32,000 nt of DNA, taken from assembly GCA_030167145.1 (NCBI GenBank), contig CP126532.1, positions 4,350,001-4,382,000 of the forward strand, written 5' to 3'. The stretch is from Ktedonobacterales bacterium (GTDB lineage: Bacteria > Chloroflexota > Ktedonobacteria > Ktedonobacterales > JADMIN01). The notes beneath the pieces were generated by a model. That model had not been told where the DNA came from and searched no databases. It saw only the letters and a program-made list of their open reading frames with translations. Each line of letters opens with the position of its first letter. Positions within the stretch are counted from its first letter, which is position 1. Shown here one piece after another: positions 16,938-25,540 of this stretch. Both the position numbers and the translations under genes were made by a program.

Positions 16938-18077
16938 ATGCAGCCAGTACGAGATGAGAGCCGTCTCTTCGCATTCGGCCTGGCTTTTCTGTGGGCAGCG
17001 GCGGTGCTGCCGTTGTTGCTCTCGCTCTTTTCGGGCAACGCGCTCTCTGGCATACCGCTGGTGAGTGTGGTGCTGTGGTTTTTGCTGCTGCGGCTGGCAC
17101 GCTGGCGTTCTCCGGCGGCGCGCGCCGATGTGTTGCTCACGCGCGGCAAGGCGACCGAGGCGCTTTCGCTGGCCACACGTGCGCTGGCAATCAAGGGCTT
17201 TGGCGGATGGAATGGCGTGCGGCGGCTGGTCTGGCTGAACCGGCGCACCAGCGCACTGCTGGCGCTTGGGCGCTGTGATGAGGCGCTGGCCTCGGCATTG
17301 GAAGCGATGGCCCACGGCGCTGATCCCGAAACCATTGGCAATTGCGCGCTGGCGTTGCTGCGGCTCAACCGCTATGAAGAAGCGGCCAGCGCGGCGCGTC
17401 TGGTGCTTTCACTCACCCGCGAACGGTCAGTGGTGGGCAATAGCGTGCTGGCGGCGGTGATGTTGGGGAGACGCCAGCCCGCTGAGGCAGAGGCGCTGGC
17501 GCTGGCTGGCCTGGAAGATGTGCGGACGCTGCTGCCCTTCGTGCGCACCGATCACTATGTGCTGTGCCTAGCGGTGCTGAGCCGCGCGCTGCGATTGCAA
17601 GGCAAAACAGATCTCGATGCGTCACGACGGGCAGCGCGCCATCGCGCGGATCTGCGGAAAGCGGCGGCACGCACGCCAAATCTGCGGGCGATGGCGCTGC
17701 TCGAAGAAGCCGACGCGGTCAGTGCGCTGCCCGAACAGCGCCCGCGTGCGCTGGGACTGATCTCTGCGGCGCTGGCCGCCGACTTGAGCTATACGTATTG
17801 GTATGTCGCCCAGCCGGGAACCTTCAAGACGCTGCGCCAGGAAGAAGTGGTCGCCTCCATCGTCGAAGCGGCGGGGCAACAGTTCGCGCAGTGGCAGACG
17901 AGCGCACCATCCAACGAGAGCGTGGCCGCTGGTTTGCAGCAGGCACGACTCCATGCGCGCCCCAAGCCACCGATGCGGTCGAGCCAGCTCGCGCTGACGA
18001 CGCAGATCGCGACGCTGGCGGGCACTGCGGCGCTGCTGATGATCTGGGTCTGGCGCTTCTTCCTCTTCGGCTTCTGA
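16938..18077 (+). CDS. Membrane-anchored TPR-like repeat protein
   Basis: 379 aa, starting 5 nt after the glycosyltransferase stop. It has two N-terminal TM helices, one C-terminal TM helix, and a central Ala/Leu-rich TPR-like region (GKATEALSLATRALAI, GRCDEALASALEAM, NRYEEAASAARLVL). Confidence 0.55.
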   Translation: MQPVRDESRLFAFGLAFLWAAAVLPLLLSLFSGNALSGIPLVSVVLWFLLLRLARWRSPAARADVLLTRGKATEALSLATRALAIKGFGGWNGVRRLVWLNRRTSALLALGRCDEALASALEAMAHGADPETIGNCALALLRLNRYEEAASAARLVLSLTRERSVVGNSVLAAVMLGRRQPAEAEALALAGLEDVRTLLPFVRTDHYVLCLAVLSRALRLQGKTDLDASRRAARHRADLRKAAARTPNLRAMALLEEADAVSALPEQRPRALGLISAALAADLSYTYWYVAQPGTFKTLRQEEVVASIVEAAGQQFAQWQTSAPSNESVAAGLQQARLHARPKPPMRSSQLALTTQIATLAGTAALLMIWVWRFFLFGF

Positions 18078-18132
18078 TCGTTATGAAGCGCGAAGAATGA
18101 CGCCAGCTAGCCATGTGTCAGCCAGCTACACG

Positions 18133-18162
18133 TTGACACCCTCCGCGCAACACAGATACAAT
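18133..18162 (+). promoter_or_regulatory. Near-consensus sigma-70-type promoter upstream of the etf operon
   Basis: ttgaca (18133-18138), 18-nt spacer, tacaat (18157-18162). This would give a leader of about 300 nt before etfB. Confidence 0.4.
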
Positions 18163-18470
18163 GGCCTGTAGCCTGTATCCAGGAGACAACGGTGTTTCCC
18201 GCGCATGGCTCCGGCGTTGCGGCACTTATGGCATCACAGCCCATCTGGCCCCGCGCCACCTATCCGCAAGCACCTCACCCTCCCGGCTGCACCCGCTACA
18301 ATCAAGAGTTCGTCGCGAATCGTATGCCAGATGCACTGGCATCGCGCGCGTCCTGTCTCGTTTGACCCTACGTAGCTAGGCGCGTGGAAGGCAGGCGCCA
18401 CATTCGATTCCGCTCCACACGGAGCGCGGGATGTGTGGCTGGCCCAGCCCCATGTTGGAGGTACTTGTAC

Positions 18471-19250
18471 GTGAATATCGTCGTCTGCATGAAGGAAACG
18501 CCGTCAACCACGGCGGAGAAGAGCTTCAGCCCGGATATGCGGCTGGAACGGCGCAAAGAGGATGCCATTCCCAATCCGTTCGATGAGTACGCCATCGAAG
18601 AGGGGCTGCGCCAGCAGGAGAAACACGCTGGTAGCACCGTCACCATCCTCTGCATGGGGCCAGCCACCGCGACCGACACGGTTCGCAAGGCGCTGGCGAT
18701 GGGCGGCGACCGTGGTGTGCTGGTGAGCGATGACGCACTAGCTGGCTCGGATGCCATCAGCACCGCGCATGTGCTGGCCGCCGCGCTCAAGAAGATCGGC
18801 TTCGACCTCGTCATCTTCGGCAATGCCGCAGCAGACGCCTACGGCGGTATCGTCCCCAGCGCGACGGCTGAGCTACTTGGCGCGCCGCTGCTCTCCTACG
18901 CCAGCAAGCTGGATGTGGATGGGAGCACGGCGACTATCGAGCGGCAGGCCGACATCGGTTACAACACAGTCGCCGCGCCCATGCCCACGCTGGTGAGCGT
19001 CGTCAAGGCTATCAACGAGCCGCGCTACCCTTCGATGAAAGGCATCATGGCCTCGAAGAAGAAGCCGCTGGACACCTTCGCTCTGGCGGACCTGGGCATT
19101 GACCCGGCGACGGTCGGAGCGGCGGGCGCACGCGAGAAGGCGCTCAGCGCCGAAAAAGTCTCCACCCAGCGCAAAGGCGAAATCTTTATTGGCAACGAAG
19201 GCGCAGCGGATCGGGTCGTGGCCTTCCTGGTCGAGCAGAAGGTACTCTAG
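18471..19250 (+). CDS. etfB: Electron transfer flavoprotein beta subunit
   Basis: GTG 18471 is preceded by ggaggt 8 nt upstream. VNIVVCMKETP..., ELLGAPLLSYASKLDVDG, INEPRYPSMKGIMASKKKP are typical of EtfB. Confidence 0.9.
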   Translation: MNIVVCMKETPSTTAEKSFSPDMRLERRKEDAIPNPFDEYAIEEGLRQQEKHAGSTVTILCMGPATATDTVRKALAMGGDRGVLVSDDALAGSDAISTAHVLAAALKKIGFDLVIFGNAAADAYGGIVPSATAELLGAPLLSYASKLDVDGSTATIERQADIGYNTVAAPMPTLVSVVKAINEPRYPSMKGIMASKKKPLDTFALADLGIDPATVGAAGAREKALSAEKVSTQRKGEIFIGNEGAADRVVAFLVEQKVL

Positions 19251-19252
19251 AC

Positions 19253-20296
19253 ATGTCGAACGACGTTTGGGCACTGGCCGAAATCCCCAGTGGGAAACTG
19301 GCGAACATCTCGCTGCAGCTCGCCAGCAAAGCCGCTGAGCTTGCTAAGGCGCTGGGCGGCGAGCCGGCGGCGGTCGCCATGGGCGCGGGGGCGCGCGACG
19401 CGGCGCAGGATTTGGGTGCATGTGGCGTGAGCAAAGTCTACGCATCTGAGGGCGCGGTGTATGGCGAGTATCTCGCGCAGCCCTATGTGGCTACGCTGGC
19501 GGCGCTGATTCAGCAGCATCAACCGAAACTGGTGCTGTGGGGAGGCACCAACTTTGGCCGCGATGTGGCGGCACGGGTCGCGGCGCGGCTGGGGCTGGGC
19601 ATCGAATACAACGTCAACGAGGTCGCGCTCGATGGTGACCAGATTGTGATGTCGGTGCCTGCCTTCGGCGGCGCGCAAACGGTGAAGATGGCCTTCCAGG
19701 GTGAGGGCACGAAGCTGCTCGGCGCGCGGCAGAACGCCTTCCCCACCGTCCGCACGGGTGGCAGCGCTACGGTTGAGGATGTTGCCGCGCCCACTGCGCC
19801 CGCCAACGGCGCGAAAATCACTGGCACGTTCGGCACGGAGGGCGCGCAGGAAGCTGGGCATCTCGGCAAGGCGTCCGACGGCCACGACATCTGGATGCCT
19901 GCCGCCAGTCGCGCCAAGCTGGAAGAGGCGCAGATTGTCGTCTCTGGGGGGCGCGGCCTCGGCGGCCCGCAAGGCTTCGCGCAGATCGAAGACCTGGCGG
20001 CGGCGCTGGGCGCGAGTGTGGGCGCGTCGCGTGCGGCGGTGGATGCCGGGTGGATTCCCTACGGCCATCAGGTAGGCCAGACCGGCAAGACCGTCAAGCC
20101 GACGGTGTACATCGCCTGCGGCATCTCTGGCGCGGTGCAGCACAAGGCCGGCATGGGCACGTCGAGTCTGGTCATCGCCATCAACAAGGACAAAGACGCG
20201 CCGATCTTCGGCTTCTGCGATCTGGGCATCGTCGGCGACCTCAACGTTGTCGTGCCACAGCTTACGGCAGCGGTGAAGCAGCGCAAAGGCCAGTAA
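19253..20296 (+). CDS. etfA: Electron transfer flavoprotein alpha subunit
   Basis: 347 aa. The C-terminal FAD-binding region VVSGGRGLG...[11 protein letters not shown]...[29 protein letters not shown]...[12 protein letters not shown] is diagnostic. It starts 2 nt after the etfB stop. Confidence 0.9.
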   Translation: MSNDVWALAEIPSGKLANISLQLASKAAELAKALGGEPAAVAMGAGARDAAQDLGACGVSKVYASEGAVYGEYLAQPYVATLAALIQQHQPKLVLWGGTNFGRDVAARVAARLGLGIEYNVNEVALDGDQIVMSVPAFGGAQTVKMAFQGEGTKLLGARQNAFPTVRTGGSATVEDVAAPTAPANGAKITGTFGTEGAQEAGHLGKASDGHDIWMPAASRAKLEEAQIVVSGGRGLGGPQGFAQIEDLAAALGASVGASRAAVDAGWIPYGHQVGQTGKTVKPTVYIACGISGAVQHKAGMGTSSLVIAINKDKDAPIFGFCDLGIVGDLNVVVPQLTAAVKQRKGQ

Positions 20297-20407
20297 AACA
20301 AGCGAGCAGGCAGCGAGCGTGCCGTCATAGTGGCGGCGCGAGAACGAGGAGCGGCGTGGCGGGAGCAATCTTTCTACGCTGCTCACTCAGATAAAAGGAG
20401 CACTCGT

Positions 20408-22576
20408 ATGGGCCAACCCTCATTCTGGCCGTCCGGCGGAGTGATCGGGGCCGTCATCTTTGGCGTGCTGCTGGTCGCCGCCTGGGTAGCCTTCGCGCTA
20501 CGCATCCGCAAGCTGGTGCGGCTGATGATGCTGGGCCGCCCGGAGAATCGCTTCGATCACCTCGGCGAGCGCGTCAAATATTTCGTGCTGATGGTGCTGG
20601 GCCAGCGCGGCGTGCTACGCGACCCCCTGCCCGGTATCGCGCACTTCTTCACCTTCTGGGGCTTCATCATCATCCAGCTTGACGCGCTGAACCTGTGGGC
20701 GCAGGGCTTCAATTTCACGCTGCCCGTCATCGGCAGCCGCGTCTTCGCGGTGATTCTGGATATTCTCATCGTGCTGGCATTCCTGGCGCTGATCGAGTTC
20801 GGCTACCGGCGGCTCGTCGTGCGGCCCCGGCAGTTGCAGAGCACGACCCACGGCCAGACCGACGCCTTCATCATTCTCGGCATGATTATGCTGGTGCTGG
20901 TGACGCTCTTCTTTTTCGAGGTCTTCGGCTATGTCGCCTCTGGCGGCGCAGACTGGACGCTTTTCGGCGCGCTGATCGGCCCGGCGTGGAGCGGCATCCC
21001 GCAGCAGACGGCGCTGGCGCTGGCCTCGGTCTTCTGGTGGGCAAATGTGCTGGTGGTGCTGAGTTTCCTGATCTACATCCCCAACTCGAAGCATCTGCAC
21101 CTGATGGCAACGCCGTTCAACGTCTTCTTCCGGCGCATGAAACCGATGGGCGCACTCGACCCGATTGAAAATCTGGAAGAGCGCGAAGATTACGGCGTGC
21201 ATCAGATCAACCAGTTCACCTGGAAGCAATTGCTCGACGGCTACGCCTGCACCGAGTGCGGACGTTGCAATAGCGTCTGCCCGGCGCTCGCCACCGATAA
21301 GCCGCTGTGGCCGAAAGAGATCATCCTGGCGGTCAAAGAAGAATTGTTCGCGGCGGGCGATGTGATGCTGGTCGGCATGGGCGAGACCGAGGCCAAGGCC
21401 AAACGCGAGCCGATGGTCGGCGGGCTGATCGCGCATGAATCGCTGTGGGCCTGCACCAACTGCGGCGCGTGCGTGGAGATCTGCCCCGTCTCCATCGAGC
21501 ATGTGCAGAAGATTGACGACATGCGCCGCTACCTCGTCATGGAGGAGAGTGATTTCCCCCAGGAGGTGACGCCGCTCTTCACGAACCTGGAGCGCAACCA
21601 GAACCCCTGGGAGATCAGCAACGATACCCGCGCCGACTGGGCGAAGGCGGTCGGCGTGAAGACGCTCTCGGAAGATCCCGATGTGGAGGTGCTCTACTGG
21701 GTCGGCTGCATGGGGTCATTCGACGCGCGCAACCGCAAGGTGGCCACAGCCTTCGCCAAGGTGATGCAGCATGCGCATGTGAGCTTCGGCATCCTCGGCC
21801 CGGAGGAAAGCTGCACCGGCGACCCCGCCCGGCGCATCGGCAACGAGTACCTCTGGTCTATGCTGGCGCAGCAGAATATCGAGGTGCTGAACGGCTACGG
21901 CTTCAACAAGGGCGAGGCCGCGACGGGCGCGAGCAACGACCACGCGAATGGGGCAAACGGCAACGGGCGTGCGCCATCGGTGGGCGTGCAGCCTGGCCGC
22001 GCATACAACGTGAAGACAGTGGTGGCGACCTGCCCGCACTGCTTCAACACGATCAAGAACGAGTATCCGCAGCTTGGCGGCAACTACGAGGTGATCCACC
22101 ACACCGAGTTCATCAGCCGGTTGATTGATACGGGCCAGCTTGCGTTGCCAGCGGGTTTCGACAAGCGTAAGCTCACCTACCACGACCCGTGCTTCATCGG
22201 GCGCTGGAACGACATCTACGATGAGCCGCGTCGCGTGCTGAATGTCATCAATATCGATGGCGTCACCGAGATGCGCCGCAATCGCAACCGCTCGTTCTGC
22301 TGCGGCGGCGGTGGTGGCCGGGTGTGGATGGAAGAGAAGATCGGCAAGCGCATCAACAATACGCGCGTCGAGGAGGCGCTCGCCACCGGCGCGGACGCGA
22401 TGGCCGCCGCGTGCCCCTTCTGCATCACCATGTTCGAGGACGGCATCAAGGCGGTGGACGCGCAGGACAAGTTCGGTGTGGAAGACATCGCCGAGATTCT
22501 GGCGCGCGCGCTGGAAGCGCAGCCGGTTGCGGCGGGCGGCGAGTCTGGCGCGGCCCCTGGCGGCGCGCACGCCTGA
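20408..22576 (+). CDS. Membrane-bound (Fe-S) oxidoreductase: NarI/DsrM-like multi-TM N-domain + 2x[4Fe-4S] ferredoxin + two CCG (HdrD/GlpC-like) domains; EtfD/EMO-type candidate ETF:quinone oxidoreductase
   Basis: ATG 20408 with aaggag 8 nt upstream. About five TM helices with conserved His (GIAHFFTFWG, NSKHLHLM). CTECGRCNSVCP and CTNCGACVEICP are present, as are CCG-type motifs (WVGCMGS...ESCTGDP; HDPCF...SFCCGGGGG). Confidence 0.85.
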   Translation: MGQPSFWPSGGVIGAVIFGVLLVAAWVAFALRIRKLVRLMMLGRPENRFDHLGERVKYFVLMVLGQRGVLRDPLPGIAHFFTFWGFIIIQLDALNLWAQGFNFTLPVIGSRVFAVILDILIVLAFLALIEFGYRRLVVRPRQLQSTTHGQTDAFIILGMIMLVLVTLFFFEVFGYVASGGADWTLFGALIGPAWSGIPQQTALALASVFWWANVLVVLSFLIYIPNSKHLHLMATPFNVFFRRMKPMGALDPIENLEEREDYGVHQINQFTWKQLLDGYACTECGRCNSVCPALATDKPLWPKEIILAVKEELFAAGDVMLVGMGETEAKAKREPMVGGLIAHESLWACTNCGACVEICPVSIEHVQKIDDMRRYLVMEESDFPQEVTPLFTNLERNQNPWEISNDTRADWAKAVGVKTLSEDPDVEVLYWVGCMGSFDARNRKVATAFAKVMQHAHVSFGILGPEESCTGDPARRIGNEYLWSMLAQQNIEVLNGYGFNKGEAATGASNDHANGANGNGRAPSVGVQPGRAYNVKTVVATCPHCFNTIKNEYPQLGGNYEVIHHTEFISRLIDTGQLALPAGFDKRKLTYHDPCFIGRWNDIYDEPRRVLNVINIDGVTEMRRNRNRSFCCGGGGGRVWMEEKIGKRINNTRVEEALATGADAMAAACPFCITMFEDGIKAVDAQDKFGVEDIAEILARALEAQPVAAGGESGAAPGGAHA

Positions 22577-22593
22577 TCGCACGAGCGCAAACA

Positions 22594-22626
22594 AACCGGC
22601 GGATAGCGTCAAGCTATCCGCCGGTT
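22594..22626. terminator. Strong hairpin between convergent genes
   Basis: Perfect 14-bp stem aaccggcggatagc / gctatccgccggtt with a 5-nt loop. On the minus strand it is followed by tgtttg. Confidence 0.6.
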
Positions 22627-22638
22627 CTCGCTCAAACA

Positions 22639-23031
22639 CTACTTGTTCTTGAGTCCGTGGTTCAAGGAGACTAAGCCAAGGAAGGTATGGATGATGGGAG
22701 CAAGGCCAGTGAGGCTGAGGCCGAGAATGGACGATGCGGTGAGCAGCCCACCAGGTGCGTTGACGCCTTTGAGCAGGTGGATGTCGAAGCCGCCTAGAAT
22801 GCCCAGGATGCCTACAACCGTGAAGATGACGCCGATGATGATGTCGTAGGGCTTGGCAAATTTGCCCTGGTTTAGCCAGTTTTGCGAGACCAGAATGCCC
22901 AGCAAGCCGCTCACGAACAACCAGATAGATTCCGAACCGACTGTGTGATTATTCTGGTTGTAGAAGAGCAGTCCCCCGATGACGCCAAAAATGAGGAACC
23001 AGAACCAATAGTGCGCGTTGCGGTGCGACAT
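22639..23031 (-). CDS. Small 4-TM membrane protein (possibly DUF4383-like)
   Basis: 130-aa ORF with ATG start, four hydrophobic segments and lower GC than the flanks. The family assignment is from memory of N..H..G-type motifs only. Confidence 0.55.
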   Translation of the reverse strand: MSHRNAHYWFWFLIFGVIGGLLFYNQNNHTVGSESIWLFVSGLLGILVSQNWLNQGKFAKPYDIIIGVIFTVVGILGILGGFDIHLLKGVNAPGGLLTASSILGLSLTGLAPIIHTFLGLVSLNHGLKNK

Positions 23032-23555
23032 GTGATGCGCCTCCCATGTGTGTTGGCCGGGCAGCGAACGGCATTCCCAGATGCCGCTACGCCCGAAAGA
23101 TGCCAGCCGGTGCGGTCGCGCGCTTCGTCGCGTCGGAGATGAGGATGTGCGTTGCGCTGGCGACGATGGACCGCTACCCGGCTATTCGTTGCCGGAGACT
23201 AACCGGCGCACCGATTGTACACCTTTGTCGCGCGCAAGGCTACAAGCTATTTCGGGAAGGGCGATTCTGGTACAAAGCGGTAGAGGATGGAATGTGGCAG
23301 GCGAGTATGTCTCATATCTAGCGGACATAAATATAGGCGACAAGCGCATGACCTGCCGCCCCAGTGTTTTGGGACTACACCCGTCTGACCACCGCCGCGG
23401 TTGTGTGGCACACGCAGCCTGTGATGCCGACGTGAGCTTCCACATCGCTGATGAGAGCGGCCTGTGAGATATCCAGAGTTACATTTTCTGGTGTGAAGGT
23501 ATGCTCACACCGCCCCATCGAGTCATCGCGCTGTGAGCATGAAAGGAGAGCCGAC

Positions 23556-23987
23556 ATGAGGAATCCTCCTGTGGTCCTGGTGGCGCCTGATCGTGACCTA
23601 CGCGAGACGTTAGCGGCAATTGTGTCGGAAGCGGGCTACCGTGTCGTGGGGGTGGGCGACACAGAAATGGCCCTGGTCGCGCTACGCGCTACGACGCTTC
23701 CGCAGGTCGTCGTCCTCACCGATGGGCTCGCCGATAACACTGCACTATTAGTGTTGCAGCGGCTGCCGTACCTGCCCAAGCATGTCTATCTGGTGCTCAG
23801 CACAGACCAGAGCCATGCACCTGCCGTCGTCAACATGTACACCGCTAGGCAGATACCAGTGATAGAGGAACCCTTCGACCTCGACAGGTTTCTCGACCGT
23901 GTGGATGAGGCGGCAGCGCTCGCCGCCACAAGCGCGCCAGTTGCCCGTGTTGCCGAGAAGACACTGGTGGAGCCAGCATCGGAGTAG
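23556..23987 (+). CDS. Stand-alone receiver-domain-like protein (atypical/pseudo-receiver)
   Basis: ATG 23556 with gaaaggagag just upstream. VVLVAPDRD...VVVLTDGLAD...LVLSTD...IEEPFD follows the CheY-like beta-alpha pattern, but Glu replaces the conserved Lys (KPF becomes EPF) and the first acidic pair is PD. Confidence 0.6.
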   Translation: MRNPPVVLVAPDRDLRETLAAIVSEAGYRVVGVGDTEMALVALRATTLPQVVVLTDGLADNTALLVLQRLPYLPKHVYLVLSTDQSHAPAVVNMYTARQIPVIEEPFDLDRFLDRVDEAAALAATSAPVARVAEKTLVEPASE

Positions 23988-24144
23988 CGCAGCCCACCAC
24001 GGCAGCGAGAGGCCGAGGAAGCCAAACTTCTCGATGGGCTTGTGATTCAGTTCGTCCATCCATAGTGCCGCTGGCGGAGGTTGTCCGGCTACGGGGAACG
24101 TAAGTGCGAACCACATCACCGTAGTCGGACACGCGCGCGGAGGG

Positions 24145-25539
24145 TTATGCGCCGGCGATGGTCAACTCGGCGAAGCGCACCGCCGCCGGACCGTAGTAGA
24201 CGCCGTCGCTGTAGGTCTCCGAAGAGAGGCGCGCATCGGCGAAGGCGCTGAAGACGTTGCCCGCGAGCGAGCCGCCCTTGATCGGGTGCGTGCCGCTGGC
24301 GTCGTGGCGATAACCGAGCTTGATCTCCGCCACGAAGTCGCCGGAGACGTTATCGGGGTTCATCCACGAGAAGGAGGCGATTTCGTAGAGCGGTCCGCCG
24401 GAAGCGGAGCGCAGATCGGCGATGGGCGTCGCGCCAGGCCGCACGGTGATGTTGGCGAAGGCGCCGGTTGGCGGGATGTCCAGGTAGGTGGCGTAGCGCG
24501 TATCGGCCCAGCGGCGCGCGAAGACGCCGTTCTCGACCACGGTGACGCGCGCGGCTGGCAATCCCTCGCCGTCGAAGGCATGCGTCTCCACACCGAACGG
24601 GCGCAGCGGGTCGCTGCTCACCGTCAGCCGGTCGCCGCGTGGCTCCGCGCCGGTGACGAATTCGCCTGGGGTGAGGCGGCTCAACTGCTGATAGGCCGCC
24701 TCGGCTGAGGTGTGGAAGGTGTATGGCCCGCCAAAGCCCAACCCAACGCTCGGATTGAACAGGTTGCTGAGCGCCTCGCCGCTGAGCAACACCGGCCCGC
24801 GCACGGTGGGCGGCGTCTGGGCGCTGAGCGAGTGGCGCGCGAACGTGGCATAGGCGCGCACGATGTCTTCGATGACGAGGTCGGCGAGACGCCGCCGGTA
24901 GAACTCGCCGTGGAACTCCGCTTCGCGTCCGCCCGCGCTGGCTATGAGCACGAAGTCCAGCATGACGCGCGTGCCCTGGCTGGCGGCGCTGATGCCCCGG
25001 CTGTTACGCAGCGTGGCGCTAGTGCGCGTGGCGTAGAGTTCGGCGCTGCTGAGCCGCACATTGCGCTCGCCCGCGACTGCCGCCTGGAGCCGCGCCATCA
25101 CCGTTGCCAGCGCGGCGTCCATTTCGCCCTGGAGCGCGGGATCTTGCGTCTCCACACGCGGGTAGCCGCCCGCCGCTGGCTGCGGCAGCGTGTAGGGCGG
25201 ATTGTCCGTCAGACTGGCGATGGTCACGCCATCGTTCAGCCGGGCGGCAAGCAGATCAGGATGTGCTATATCGCTTGCCAGAAATGTCAGCGTGGTCGCG
25301 CCGCGCGCCTGCCCCTCTCCGGCCTGCGCGGGGTGGTCGTTGTAGAGCGTCACGCGGGCGCGTTCATTGGTGACATCGCGGCGCGCTTCAGTGCGGTCGC
25401 CAATGAGGTAGAGCTGCGCCTCTTCATCGTGGATGGTATCAATCTGCCAATCGCTCACGCCTGGCGTCGCGGCTACCGCCGCGCCCAAGGTATCCGCCGC
25501 CAGGGCGCTCTGGTTGGCTATGCGCTCATTCGCTACCAT
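24145..25539 (-). CDS. PmbA/TldE-like subunit of the TldD/PmbA metallopeptidase family
   Basis: 464 aa with no HExxxH. The C-terminal GDFVAEIKLGY...IKGGSLAGNVF pattern is typical of the PmbA_TldD fold. It starts 1 nt after the TldD stop. Confidence 0.8.
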   Translation of the reverse strand: MVANERIANQSALAADTLGAAVAATPGVSDWQIDTIHDEEAQLYLIGDRTEARRDVTNERARVTLYNDHPAQAGEGQARGATTLTFLASDIAHPDLLAARLNDGVTIASLTDNPPYTLPQPAAGGYPRVETQDPALQGEMDAALATVMARLQAAVAGERNVRLSSAELYATRTSATLRNSRGISAASQGTRVMLDFVLIASAGGREAEFHGEFYRRRLADLVIEDIVRAYATFARHSLSAQTPPTVRGPVLLSGEALSNLFNPSVGLGFGGPYTFHTSAEAAYQQLSRLTPGEFVTGAEPRGDRLTVSSDPLRPFGVETHAFDGEGLPAARVTVVENGVFARRWADTRYATYLDIPPTGAFANITVRPGATPIADLRSASGGPLYEIASFSWMNPDNVSGDFVAEIKLGYRHDASGTHPIKGGSLAGNVFSAFADARLSSETYSDGVYYGPAAVRFAELTIAGA

Positions 25540-25540
25540 G

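Noticed and set aside
15618-17368. Alternative-frame and antisense ORFs inside the GT-C and TPR genes (322 aa plus strand; 175, 204 and 173 aa minus strand)
   Set aside because: They are Arg/Ala/Gly/Pro-rich. The chosen frames give coherent TM helices and repeats, with an SD-supported start and tight operon spacing.
18161-18379. 72-aa ORF in the etf leader, starting inside the -10 element
   Set aside because: It is Arg/Ser/Leu-rich and would have to be leaderless with no SD. It is treated as part of a non-coding leader.
19247-20386. 379-aa minus-strand ORF covering the whole etfA region
   Set aside because: It is antisense to an unmistakable EtfA gene. Its composition is Arg/Ala/His-rich with no motifs. 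This is a typical shadow ORF of high-GC DNA.
20615-22639. Minus-strand ORFs of 295 aa (20615-21502) and 307 aa (21716-22639) opposite the Fe-S oxidoreductase gene
   Set aside because: They are antisense to a gene with ferredoxin and CCG motifs, and their composition is Arg/Asp/His-biased and non-protein-like.
23046-23467. Overlapping ORFs of 91 and 139 aa (plus strand) and 87 and 60 aa (minus strand) in the 524-bp gap
   Set aside because: They overlap one another, are Arg/Cys-rich, and have no SD or family signal. The region is treated as non-coding or decayed.
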